Assembly (NCBI GenBank): GCA_048886185.1
Contig: JBHLKY010000012.1
Coordinates: 5,881-37,880 of the forward strand
DNA: 32,000 nucleotides
Direction of reading: 5' to 3'
Origin: Candidatus Hermodarchaeota archaeon
GTDB lineage: Archaea > Asgardarchaeota > Heimdallarchaeia > Hodarchaeales > Hodarchaeaceae
Shown here: one piece after another, positions 1 through 9,072 of the stretch
How positions within the stretch are numbered: the stretch's first letter is position 1
Layout: each line of letters starts with the position of its first letter
Notes under the pieces: model-generated
What the model saw: only the letters and a program-made list of their open reading frames with translations
Database searches by the model: none
What the model was told of the DNA's origin: nothing
Program-made: the position numbers and the translations under genes

Positions 1-469
1 CAGCATATCCATTAAATATATCAATAAATTGATGATTTTTCGGATCAAAAGCAATTGCATTAAATCGAAAGTCCCTACGAGGTAAATCCTCTTCTAAAGA
101 ATTTACAAAAATGACTTCTGGAGGACCAAGTTCAGTATGAATCTCTTGGCGAAATGTGCATATATCAAAAACAGCATTCTTTCCGATAATTGCTAATATT
201 GTGCCGTATTTGCTTCCAATTGGTTTAGTTTTTACACCTTTTTCATTAAGAAACTTCTCCATTTCCTTGGGATGAGCATTGGTTGCAATATCAAAATCTT
301 TTACTGGAAATCCCAATAGAAAATCACGTACCGCGCCTCCAACAATATAGACGTTTTTCCCATTTTCCCAAAAGATCTTCATGATTGATCGAAGCTCAGA
401 TGGAATAAAATTATTAAAAGCGGAAGCCCTGTCTTGTAAGCTTCTTCTGGTAGTATATTTTGTAGGCAT
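1..469 (-). CDS. cca: Class II tRNA nucleotidyltransferase (CCA-adding/poly(A) polymerase family), N-terminal 156 aa; runs off the window edge
   Basis: Not in the ORF track; translated by hand from ATG at 469: MPTKYTT...VYIVGGAVRDFLLGFPVKDFDIATNA...DICTFRQE...SLEEDLPRRDFRFNAIA. Contains motif A (GGxVRD..DxD) and the EEDLxRRDFxxNA motif of class II enzymes. Confidence 0.9.
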   Translation of the reverse strand, partial: MPTKYTTRRSLQDRASAFNNFIPSELRSIMKIFWENGKNVYIVGGAVRDFLLGFPVKDFDIATNAHPKEMEKFLNEKGVKTKPIGSKYGTILAIIGKNAVFDICTFRQEIHTELGPPEVIFVNSLEEDLPRRDFRFNAIAFDPKNHQFIDIFNGYA

Positions 470-635
470 ATTAAAGTCACAGGATCAGAGTAGATTCTGT
501 TGTAAAGGTAATTAATCTCTTCAGACTCTTGGGTGAATTCTTAAGCTTATTTAAATATCTTTTATTAATTAAATATAAGAAAAATGAGTCGTTCTAAAAA
601 CTTTTATGCTAATCACCTCATTTATACTTAAGATG

Positions 636-972
636 CTAAATCTCATGATACAAGGGCGATGAAATATAGATTTGAGGATAAAAGTTGTTAAATAATTCCT
701 TTAACTGAAGCCTTTGAAGCTCAGCCTCTTTCAAAGTCTTATAGAATCCCAATTGTAATAATTTTCGTCCTTCCAGATAGATTTGAAATCGGGAGGTTTT
801 AGAATCTTTCACAATAAGCAGTTTCAAGTCTTCTTTTGGTACAATTCCACTATAATCTATAACTGGGGAGAATAAAAAGAATGAATACCCCTCCAAATAT
901 AATTATTCTTATAAAATTTAAAGATTCTTTTGATAATTCTACAATAACCTTTTTTTCACGGATATCTGTCAA
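636..972 (-). pseudogene. Small membrane-anchored hypothetical protein, apparently split by a +1 frameshift (real lesion or assembly error)
   Basis: TTG at 972, about 18 nt after the Nudix stop, gives MTDIREKKVIVELSKESLNFIRIIIFGGVFILFILP (one TM). Removing one base from the G4 run at 865-868 joins it to the 636..896 frame (VIDYSGIVPKEDLK...LQLGFYKTLKEAELQR...). Confidence 0.45.
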
Positions 973-989
973 TCGAAATGATATAGTTC

Positions 990-1529
990 TCAACCATCCT
1001 TAAAACAGTCACAATATAATGAATACAATCCAATTAATGTTTTTCCATCTTTTATTATTCCTTGATCAATATAGGAACGAATTTCATTGAATGAAAGGAT
1101 TTTTATTTGTGAGATCTCATCTGAGGAGAAGAGTACTCCTTTATGAGAGATACCCGTCCCTTTATAGATATATAATACTTCAGAAGAATAACCAATGGCA
1201 GGAACATATTTTATGAGTAGTTCGAGATTTTTTACACTATATCCCGTCTCCTCTTTAAATTCTCGCCTAATGCAGGCTTCAGGATCTTCTTCAGAATCAA
1301 TTTTTCCAGCAGGGATTTCTAAAGTCTCTTCTTGAATCGAATAGCGATATTGCTTCACGAATACTATCCGTCCATCCTCCAAGATGGGTACTAATGCAGC
1401 TGCATCGGGATGTTCCACCCGAATTCGCTCTGTCACTCTTTCCGAGGGGAGTTGTACCTCATCAAGATTAACAGAAAAAGATCGTGCTGAAATTGTTGCA
1501 ATTGTTCTTAATTTTGTTTCTTTCGGCAT
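990..1529 (-). CDS. nudF: Nudix hydrolase, ADP-ribose pyrophosphatase-like
   Basis: Complete Nudix box GKIDSEEDPEACIRREFKEETGY; HPDAAALVP, QYRYS, EIPAG and C-terminal IKDGKT match the ADPRase subfamily. Confidence 0.85.
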   Translation of the reverse strand: MPKETKLRTIATISARSFSVNLDEVQLPSERVTERIRVEHPDAAALVPILEDGRIVFVKQYRYSIQEETLEIPAGKIDSEEDPEACIRREFKEETGYSVKNLELLIKYVPAIGYSSEVLYIYKGTGISHKGVLFSSDEISQIKILSFNEIRSYIDQGIIKDGKTLIGLYSLYCDCFKDG

Positions 1530-1598
1530 GATTATTCCCTGAATTCGATGTCCTTATATTAAAACCATATGGATTATAAAAAAAGAAATCAGCATATT

Positions 1599-3086
1599 TT
1601 AATATTCTTTTCCTACATAGACATAACAAGTGGCTGGTTTTCCACATATGAAGCATTTTTCATCCTTTTGGGGAATGATATTGTCATCAATCTCCCGCAT
1701 ATCTCTTCCTCTAACTGTAGCAGCTAGCTGGTCTTTGATTTCCATAGCACAATCTTCACCATCAAGATCGATTGAGCACCATGGAATCTTAAAGATCTTC
1801 TTCTCATTGATCCTTTCTTCAAGCTCATCTATTGTTTTAACATCTGAAATACTTTCATCGAATTTCTTTTGGGCTATCTTGCTTATATTTTCTGTAAGAG
1901 AAGCACCAAACTCCTTCACTGTTCTTACCAAATCATCAAAAACAATTGTTGTCCTTTCTCTGGTGTCACGTCTGAAGATTGTTATTGTCTTTTCTTTAAC
2001 TTCCTTATTTCCAATTTCAAACCGTAATGGAACGCCTTTCATTTCCCAAAAATAGTATTTATCTCCAGGCCTGTTATCACTAAGATCAATCTTGACCCGA
2101 TAACCTTTTTTTCTCAAAATATCTTCGATTTGGACACAATATTTTTCAATATACTTAATGTCTTTTTTCTTTGGGATTGGTATAATAACAACCTGTTTTG
2201 GAGCAACATCAAATGGGAAGATTAGACCATTGTTATCACCATGAACTGCAATCATTCCTCCAAATATTCGCGATATAGCCGGGCCATAACAAGTTTGATA
2301 GGCGATCTTTTCTTCCCCATCTTGATCTGTATAGGTAATATTGAATGCTTTAGCAAAATTCGATCCTAGAAGATGAGTAGATGGTAATTGCAGAAACTTC
2401 CCATCAGGCATCAATGTATCTGCAGCATAAGTATGAACAGCACCAGCAAACTTATCCCATTCAGGTCGCTGGAAATAGATTATTGGGATTCCAAAAATAT
2501 CTTTCAGAACATTATAGGCAATTTGCATATCCTCTCTAGTTTGCGCAATAGCTTCTTCCATCGTCTTAAAAACGTTATGAGACTCTATCCACCAAAATTC
2601 TCGAGATCTTAGGAAAGGACGAGTAGATTTACCTTCGTATCTAAAAACACTACCACTTTGATAAATCTTTAAGGGGAGATCTCTCCAACTTCTAATCCAC
2701 AAGGAGTATAATGGATACATTGCAGTTTCGGAGGTTGGCCTGAGTACTAATCTTTCTTCCAAAATATCATTTCCAGCTCTTTCTATCCAGAAGACTTCAG
2801 GATTGAATCCTTCAACATGATCCTTTTCAACTTGAAAATTTGACTCAGGAATCACCATTGGAAATATAACTGGTTCATGACCGAATCTGTTCAATTCCTC
2901 TTCATAAAAATCGAACATTTTTTTCATTGCTATTGTAGCAAATGGCATACATACAATAAACCCTTTGACATTATACCGCATGTCAGCGAGCTCTGCTCGC
3001 TTTACAATCTCGGTAAACCATTCAGAAAAATTGTCTATTTTATCGATATTGAAAGTTTCTAGAACTTCTTCATTATACTTAGACAT
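1599..3086 (-). CDS. proS: Proline-tRNA ligase, archaeal/eukaryote type
   Basis: Motifs LRPTSET, FRYE...REFWW, GPAISR, anticodon-binding domain (PGDKYYFWEMKGVPLRFEIG) and C-terminal CFICGKPA..Y. ORF opens at GTG 3092; ATG 3086 follows a GGTGA SD-like motif. Confidence 0.97.
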   Translation of the reverse strand: MSKYNEEVLETFNIDKIDNFSEWFTEIVKRAELADMRYNVKGFIVCMPFATIAMKKMFDFYEEELNRFGHEPVIFPMVIPESNFQVEKDHVEGFNPEVFWIERAGNDILEERLVLRPTSETAMYPLYSLWIRSWRDLPLKIYQSGSVFRYEGKSTRPFLRSREFWWIESHNVFKTMEEAIAQTREDMQIAYNVLKDIFGIPIIYFQRPEWDKFAGAVHTYAADTLMPDGKFLQLPSTHLLGSNFAKAFNITYTDQDGEEKIAYQTCYGPAISRIFGGMIAVHGDNNGLIFPFDVAPKQVVIIPIPKKKDIKYIEKYCVQIEDILRKKGYRVKIDLSDNRPGDKYYFWEMKGVPLRFEIGNKEVKEKTITIFRRDTRERTTIVFDDLVRTVKEFGASLTENISKIAQKKFDESISDVKTIDELEERINEKKIFKIPWCSIDLDGEDCAMEIKDQLAATVRGRDMREIDDNIIPQKDEKCFICGKPATCYVYVGKEY

Positions 3087-3368
3087 GATCACCGACCTGA
3101 GAAGTTATCATTGGTTTTCTGTGGCAGAATACTGTCTTTACAAAAAAGTAGCCTTTTAATACAAATTTTAAATGAGTAGAGAAGTTATCTAGATAGAAAC
3201 AAAAATAGAAATCCGTTTTAATTGTTCTAAAGGTAAGGAAAACGATCCATCCTATCTCAACTCACTATTTCTTCCCTTTTCATTTTATCTTTTAAACACC
3301 TCAGTTTGATATTCCTTGTGAAAAAATCATTTAAATTCAAACATTTTAAAAAATTATCCCGATTTAGA

Positions 3369-4511
3369 ATGCCTCTTCGTCAATCCCTTAAGGGAATTCG
3401 CATTTTGGATTTAACTAGTAATCTTCCTGGACCCTTAGCGACTCAAATACTAGGTGATTTTGGTGCCGATGTAATAAAGATTGAATCACCTCGTGGAGAT
3501 ATTGTAAGAAACTATCCACCTTTCATAGCTTCAGAATCTCTTATTTTTCTATTACTTAATCGTAATAAACGATCTTTCGCAGTTGATCTTAAAACCAAAG
3601 AAGGAATAACTCTTTTTTATGAATTAGTCAAAACATGCGATATAGTGGTAGAAGGATTTCGCCCTGGAACTGCTAAACGAATGAAGATCGACTATCACAC
3701 GCTTAAAAATATAAAACAGGACATTATTTACTGTTCGTTGATTGGATATGATACACATGACACAAGGTCTGGGCATGACCTGAATTATGTGGGGGAAACA
3801 GGAATTCTTCATATTACAGGACAAAAAGAAACGCCTACCCCAATAGGGGTTCCTATTGCAGATATTGGTGGTGGTAGTTTACCAACAGTCATCTCTATCC
3901 TAGCTGCGTTACTTAACCGAAAAAGGAAATCCCAATATGTCCAGGTGAAAATGACTGAGCAATTAATACCTTGGTTGAGTGTTGCTGCAGCCAACTATCT
4001 AGCGGAAATAGGTGAACCACAACGGGAAGAGCACATATTATCGGGTTATAATCCTTTCTATCGCCTTTATCGTACTAAAGATAATCGTTACATATCATTT
4101 GCACCATTGGAAGCAAAATTTTGGCACAATTTCTGTAATGCAATTGACAGAGAGGATCTTATCAGTAAGCAATTTGATTTTGATATTTGTAAAACTGAAC
4201 TTCCAAAAATTTTTGTCCAAAAGACTTTATCGGAATGGACTGACTGGTTCCCCAAAAATGATGTTCCAGGAGCTCCTATCTTAACAGTTGGTGAAGCCTT
4301 AAGCGTCAAAACACGCATTAAAAACATAGTTCATCCAATAGCAGGAAAAATCCCCACATTTTCTTCCCCATTTCTTGATTATGATCATGGTGTTGTAATA
4401 TGCCCCCCACCATTATTGGGACAACATACAAAAGAAATTCTTGAGGAAATTGGATATATTAAGGAATTCAAGAGTCTAAAACATCAAAACATAGTATTTG
4501 CTTCAGATTGA
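3369..4511 (+). CDS. Class III CoA-transferase (CaiB/BaiF), alpha-methylacyl-CoA racemase-like
   Basis: LKGIRILDLTSNLPGP..LGDFGADVIKIE, NRNKRS, VEGFRPG, GHDLNY, GAPPLLGQHT-like end. ORF opens at 3306; ATG 3369 is the more likely start. Confidence 0.92.
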   Translation: MPLRQSLKGIRILDLTSNLPGPLATQILGDFGADVIKIESPRGDIVRNYPPFIASESLIFLLLNRNKRSFAVDLKTKEGITLFYELVKTCDIVVEGFRPGTAKRMKIDYHTLKNIKQDIIYCSLIGYDTHDTRSGHDLNYVGETGILHITGQKETPTPIGVPIADIGGGSLPTVISILAALLNRKRKSQYVQVKMTEQLIPWLSVAAANYLAEIGEPQREEHILSGYNPFYRLYRTKDNRYISFAPLEAKFWHNFCNAIDREDLISKQFDFDICKTELPKIFVQKTLSEWTDWFPKNDVPGAPILTVGEALSVKTRIKNIVHPIAGKIPTFSSPFLDYDHGVVICPPPLLGQHTKEILEEIGYIKEFKSLKHQNIVFASD

Positions 4512-4529
4512 AATCTTAAAAGTGAAAGT

Positions 4530-5453
4530 CTAAAATCCTTTTGGATCAATTCCAGAATCAAGAATTCCTTCCCTAGATACTAAACCATAAGCCATTCGGT
4601 TCGTATTGAAATAATATCCAATTTCGCCTTGATTATTAATAATAATAATCCCTCCATAACCGTTGATATCCGCAATTCTATCAATAACAATTTTAGCAGC
4701 TACTTGGGGGGTATGTCCCTGTTGTACAAGATCAATGGCTAATTTAGCTGCATTTAATTTCATGAATGATTCACCATGGCCTGTAGAAGAGGCTGCAGCT
4801 ACCTGATTAGCATAACCCCCACTTCCTATAATGGAGCTATCTCCCAACCTTCCCACCATTTTGAATGGGGATCCACCTGTAGAGGTTGCAGAAGCTAAGT
4901 TACCCTTCATGTCAACAGCAACAGCTCCAACAGTACCTTGTGAACTTGGAGTGAAAATATCTAATCCTTCCAGTCCTTTTTCCCATCGTTCTCGTTCTCG
5001 TGGTATAATTAATTCTTTGGGATCACAGCTTATTAACATTTCTTGTGAAAAGAGATCAGCTCCTCTCCCAACTAACATTATGGGAGATTGAGGTTTCTCT
5101 AATAATTTTCTTGCTAAAGATATGGGATTTCGGCATGTACGAACGGCACCTATCGCCCCAGCATCCAATGTCCGTCCATCCATAATTAATGCGTCGAGTT
5201 CAACATACCCTTCTTTATTTAAGAAAGATCCTATTCCAGCATCGAATATTGGATTGTCTTCCATGAGAACAACTGCTTTTTCCACAGCATCGAGAGCACT
5301 CCCCTGCTGTGAAAGAATTTCATACCCCTTTTTGACAGCATTAGTAACCCCAGCTAGATGGCTGGATTTTAATTCATCTGGAATACTCCAAGCACCTCCA
5401 TGGACAACGATAGCGGGTTTAATTGGATTTAGTAAGGAACTCTTTGATGTCAT
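4530..5453 (-). CDS. iaaA: Isoaspartyl peptidase / type 2 L-asparaginase (Ntn hydrolase)
   Basis: IVVHGGAW, ELDALIMDG, autoproteolysis site GTVGAVAVD, STGG, GRLGDS, STGHGE. ATG 5453 preferred over the ORF start at 5477. Confidence 0.93.
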   Translation of the reverse strand: MTSKSSLLNPIKPAIVVHGGAWSIPDELKSSHLAGVTNAVKKGYEILSQQGSALDAVEKAVVLMEDNPIFDAGIGSFLNKEGYVELDALIMDGRTLDAGAIGAVRTCRNPISLARKLLEKPQSPIMLVGRGADLFSQEMLISCDPKELIIPRERERWEKGLEGLDIFTPSSQGTVGAVAVDMKGNLASATSTGGSPFKMVGRLGDSSIIGSGGYANQVAAASSTGHGESFMKLNAAKLAIDLVQQGHTPQVAAKIVIDRIADINGYGGIIIINNQGEIGYYFNTNRMAYGLVSREGILDSGIDPKGF

Positions 5454-5672
5454 TTTCGTTCTAAAGGTCAATATCACAAATAATTAAAGAAATTACTGTT
5501 CTCTAGATTATCATAGAATGCATTATTCTGAAGTTTATTATGCAATTAGAAGAATAACTACTCTTATTGGTTCAATAATGTAGTAAAATTATAAAAGATT
5601 CGTTACTACCATTGTCTAATATTATTTTTCATTATCACAGGTTGATAAAAGCGCTCTTACTTCTAAATGAGG

Positions 5673-5686
5673 ATTGAATATTCAAT
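5673..5686. promoter_or_regulatory. Perfect 14-bp palindrome, candidate operator in the divergent intergenic region
   Basis: ATTGAATATTCAAT is self-complementary and lies between iaaA (-) and the gene at ~5779 (+). The region is AT-rich, so chance is not excluded. Confidence 0.35.
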
Positions 5687-5778
5687 TATTGTCAATTCAG
5701 AAAATTAATACTTTGACATCACACAGAATAATGCTTATTTATTACTATTCATGTTTTTATGATCAAAGAGATGAATTG

Positions 5779-6335
5779 ATGATGACCAATTCTAACAATC
5801 CACTAAAAATTGAAAAAATTAGGATCACACCTAAGAGATTCATTTATATTAAGCTCTGGAACCCTCATATCATTCTAAATGGGGAATTCATCGTTCTATA
5901 ATCGAATTGCAGGAAGCTAAGTTATCTGAAGATAAAAAGATTTCTTATGGCACCCCGATCCGTCTTCCCTGTGATGGAAGTTCAGCTCTTATCGCAGATC
6001 TTATAACTAACTATATAATTGACGGAAGACGACTGAATGATGAGTTTAAGGCGCATCAAGAGGAAATTTCCATATCTATACCAAAAACAGGGGAATCTAA
6101 ACGTAGTAACGAATATTCTGGTATGACTTTGGAATCTTTACTCCTAGATGAGTTTAGCAATCAGAAATTGTCAAAAACAAAAATAATTTCTGGACTCTCA
6201 AGAAAAGGAATTGAAATAGATAGGGAGGATTTACTCCAGTCACTCGAATCCTTAGCAGATCAAGGGAAGATAACAAAAGAGTTTGCTGTTCATTCAAGTT
6301 CAGGTACTCGTTACACTCTTTGGGGATTCTTTTAA
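5779..6335 (+). CDS. Putative nucleic-acid-binding protein (PC4/Whirly-like N-terminal beta region plus C-terminal winged helix), probable frameshift near 5851
   Basis: The 5907..6335 frame is open upstream to 5853 (ALEPSYHSKWGIHRSIIELQE). ATG 5779/5782 in another frame gives MTNSNNPLKIEKIRITPKRFIYIK; one extra A at ~5851 joins them. C-terminal wHTH pattern: SKTKIISGL..IDREDLLQSLESLADQGKITKE....RYTLW. Confidence 0.55.
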
Positions 6336-6678
6336 TTCTGTTTAGATCGAAAAACACTAGCTATCTTACAAGTATTCTTGTTCTTATTTTCCTTCTATCA
6401 AGGCATTTATGGGTCAAAATTTATAGATATTAAAGAAGAATATCAATATACCCTAATGAATTAGTAAACTCAATTTATAGTATAGAAAAACCTAGTGTTC
6501 TTTGGTAAAGTGACTCTAATCCCCAAAGAATAGAATTTAAGAGAGAGCATTAAAGTAAAATCTAGGATAATAAATTTCTATTATCTATATATCCTAGTAA
6601 TATAAATATGAAGACATTTTTTGTAACTTGAAGTGTAGTCTTTTCATCTCTTACTTTGTACACAAGGAGCCGTCAAGA

Positions 6679-7068
6679 TTGGACGAACAAATAAAGAATG
6701 AGCTGCGTACTATTTTAGAAGATGTCTTCCAAAAGAATTCACAGGTACAAATGATCTCCTTAATAACTCCTGAAGGTCTTCCCATCTTAACATATAACCG
6801 TGATTCCGAAAGTGGGCCCTCCGAAATTACAGATTCAGGGATCCTGAATAGATATGCAGCTCTTGCAGGAGCGAGTACATCTTTAGGAGACCGCACACTT
6901 TCAACTCTTTCTGAAGAAAAAGTTCGTCTAATTCATGTTCAAGGAAAAACTAAAGATATAGCTATAGCTGTTTCTCCGCATCTAATCTCTTTGGTTGTAA
7001 CTGTCCCCTCTGGAAGTCCAAACATTCTTGCGGAAAAATTAAATTCTGAATTAAAAGCAAAATTATAA
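6679..7068 (+). CDS. Roadblock/LC7 (MglB-like) domain protein
   Basis: ISLITPEGLPI hairpin, AALAGASTSLGDRTL helix, VRLIHVQGK strand. AAGGAG at 6664-6669 precedes TTG 6679; the ORF track start is TTG 6628. Confidence 0.85.
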   Translation: MDEQIKNELRTILEDVFQKNSQVQMISLITPEGLPILTYNRDSESGPSEITDSGILNRYAALAGASTSLGDRTLSTLSEEKVRLIHVQGKTKDIAIAVSPHLISLVVTVPSGSPNILAEKLNSELKAKL

Positions 7069-7086
7069 TTAAGAGTTGAATTCTTT

Positions 7087-9042
7087 ATGGATCCTCATCA
7101 ATGGTTCGATTTAATGAAAGAAGCTCTAAGTTTAGTTGAATCTGAAGTGGATAACTCTCAATTTGAATTAATGCTCTTAATTCAGCCAGCTGCGGAAATT
7201 CAAACTTTTTCTACTTCTAAGAACCAAGAAGATGTGAAAAACACTACTTTAGTTGGACAAGCATGGAATAGCATTATTGGTACTTTAACTAATGAACTTC
7301 AATTGGGGACCTGGAATTCTCTTACTATAAAGAGTCACAATAAGGTATTTACAATGTACTCTATTGGTTTCGATGTAAATCTTATACTTATATCGGAAGC
7401 TGCTATAGACTCTTTAGATGTCCTAAAGGTAATTCTAAAATTCATTTTCAAAATTGGTTATCAGAAAAAATATGAAACAGTAGGACTAGTATCCTCAGAA
7501 GGCTTTCCAGTTTGGCTTACTTCTATAGAAGAAATGGATGATTTTCTCTTTGCGATTTCAATTACTTCGCTTCTTTCTCTAGTAGAACGTATAGATTATG
7601 AGGTTTCTGCTGGTGGAATAGGCGCTTGTATCCTCCAAGGAACTGAAAATTTACTATTAAATGTTGCTTTTAATCCTTCACAAGATTTAGCTCTCGCGGT
7701 GACACAACAAGGCACAAACTTAGATGAAGTAGCTCTTGATCCAGAATTGAGTTCATTTTATCAAAAAATTGTAGATCCTCTAATCTATAGCGCATTCGTA
7801 CCTGAGATTATTGATGAAGATCGAGAACGGATGCTAGAAGAAATTCGTCAAGCTTTTGAGGGTGAGACAACAGATGAAGAGATTGAAACTCTAAGTGCAT
7901 TCAACACCGAAATGCTCCAATCTCTTGAAAATGAAATTAAGACAGTTGCTAAAAAATATGGAGCAAATGAAATATCTATAGGATATCTTCGTAAAAGAAT
8001 GAGGTTACCTTCCGAAGTCCTCTCTATGGCTTTAGAATATCTCATTGAAGAAGGAGCGATCAGTGGAAAGGTTGGAAAGGATCGTGTATCAGGACATGAA
8101 ATATTAGTCTTAGATTCAAGAGTTGATATTAGTAAGGAAGATGAAGAAAAATTAAAAATTATTAAAACTCAAATTGATGATCTTTTTTCACCAATTAAAC
8201 CCTTTCTTATACAATTGCCTGAGATTCAACCAGTAAAAAAAGCTGTTCAGGAAGGTATAACCGAAGCTTTAGGGGAATTTCAGATAATGATTACTCTATC
8301 TGATACTGACCCTCTATACTTATTGGCTAATGATTTACGAATTGTAGGGACACACCTAGAAAGTTCTGTGAAAACATTGAAACTAGTGAAAAACCAGCTG
8401 TCAGAAACAGATCAAGAGGATGTTCTTCGAAATGAGTTAGAACGTCGACACAATAATTTAACTGAGAGAATTCATGAACAAAAATTAACAGCCATTGGGA
8501 AAATTACCCGGTTTTATGGAGATCTTCTAAACTCTTATCGCTTACTTTTTCGATTACTTCCCCTACCAGCTACATTTAGAAGATCTAAGAGTAGGAAAAA
8601 AGCTATCATTATTTTCAAATGCGAGGCGAATACTTGCGATGAAACTTTCCGAATACAAGATAATCCGTCTACATGGGTTAAATTACGCGTTTTTGCAAGA
8701 GTTCTTGGCATTCAGGAGGATTTTCCTAAAAAAACTACACCTAGTGTCTCCAAATTAAGAAAAAATTTGGCAAATCGTCTTAACAAACTTACCACTTTAT
8801 TGAGAAAAGCAGAAGAGAGAATAGACTTTCTACCTGAAGATTTTCTTATTATAGAAAACATGGAAGAGCTATTAATCACAAATACTCAAAGAGACAATGC
8901 GATCAACACCCTCCGAAAGGGTATATTTAAACGAGGTACTGTAAAGAAAGACTTCTATTCGCTTTACACACAATGTAACTCCTGTAACAGATGGTATTGT
9001 CCAAATCATATGGCAACAACTAATAAATGTAAATATTGTTGA
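7087..9042 (+). CDS. Multidomain protein: two tandem Roadblock/LC7 domains, acidic linker, winged helix, helical/coiled-coil region, C-terminal Cys/His Zn finger
   Basis: Domain 2 has VGLVSSEGFPV...FAISITSLLSLVERI..EVSAGGIGACILQG. Domain 1 is a more divergent copy (TNELQLGTWNSLTIKS...SIGFDVNLILIS). WH: ISIGYLRKRMRLPSEVLSMALEYLIEEGAISGKV. C-terminus: CNSCNRWYCPNHMATTNKCKYC. Confidence 0.75.
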   Translation: MDPHQWFDLMKEALSLVESEVDNSQFELMLLIQPAAEIQTFSTSKNQEDVKNTTLVGQAWNSIIGTLTNELQLGTWNSLTIKSHNKVFTMYSIGFDVNLILISEAAIDSLDVLKVILKFIFKIGYQKKYETVGLVSSEGFPVWLTSIEEMDDFLFAISITSLLSLVERIDYEVSAGGIGACILQGTENLLLNVAFNPSQDLALAVTQQGTNLDEVALDPELSSFYQKIVDPLIYSAFVPEIIDEDRERMLEEIRQAFEGETTDEEIETLSAFNTEMLQSLENEIKTVAKKYGANEISIGYLRKRMRLPSEVLSMALEYLIEEGAISGKVGKDRVSGHEILVLDSRVDISKEDEEKLKIIKTQIDDLFSPIKPFLIQLPEIQPVKKAVQEGITEALGEFQIMITLSDTDPLYLLANDLRIVGTHLESSVKTLKLVKNQLSETDQEDVLRNELERRHNNLTERIHEQKLTAIGKITRFYGDLLNSYRLLFRLLPLPATFRRSKSRKKAIIIFKCEANTCDETFRIQDNPSTWVKLRVFARVLGIQEDFPKKTTPSVSKLRKNLANRLNKLTTLLRKAEERIDFLPEDFLIIENMEELLITNTQRDNAINTLRKGIFKRGTVKKDFYSLYTQCNSCNRWYCPNHMATTNKCKYC

Positions 9043-9072
9043 TATATCTAATTGGAATAGGGGACACAATGG

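Noticed and set aside
636-760. SPOR-like motif (LQLGFYKTLKEAE..R.QLK)
   Set aside because: Short resemblance only. The preceding strands and repaired TM fit a different small membrane-protein architecture, and there is no peptidoglycan context.
3099-3189. 11-bp direct repeat GAGAAGTTATC, 80 nt apart, upstream of proS
   Set aside because: Only two copies in AT-rich DNA; not a CRISPR array; no further support.
6335-6628. Short inverted repeats (TTCTTTGG/CCAAAGAA; CTAGGATA/TATCCTAG) upstream of the Roadblock operon
   Set aside because: 8-bp arms with long spacers in AT-rich sequence; not distinguishable from chance.
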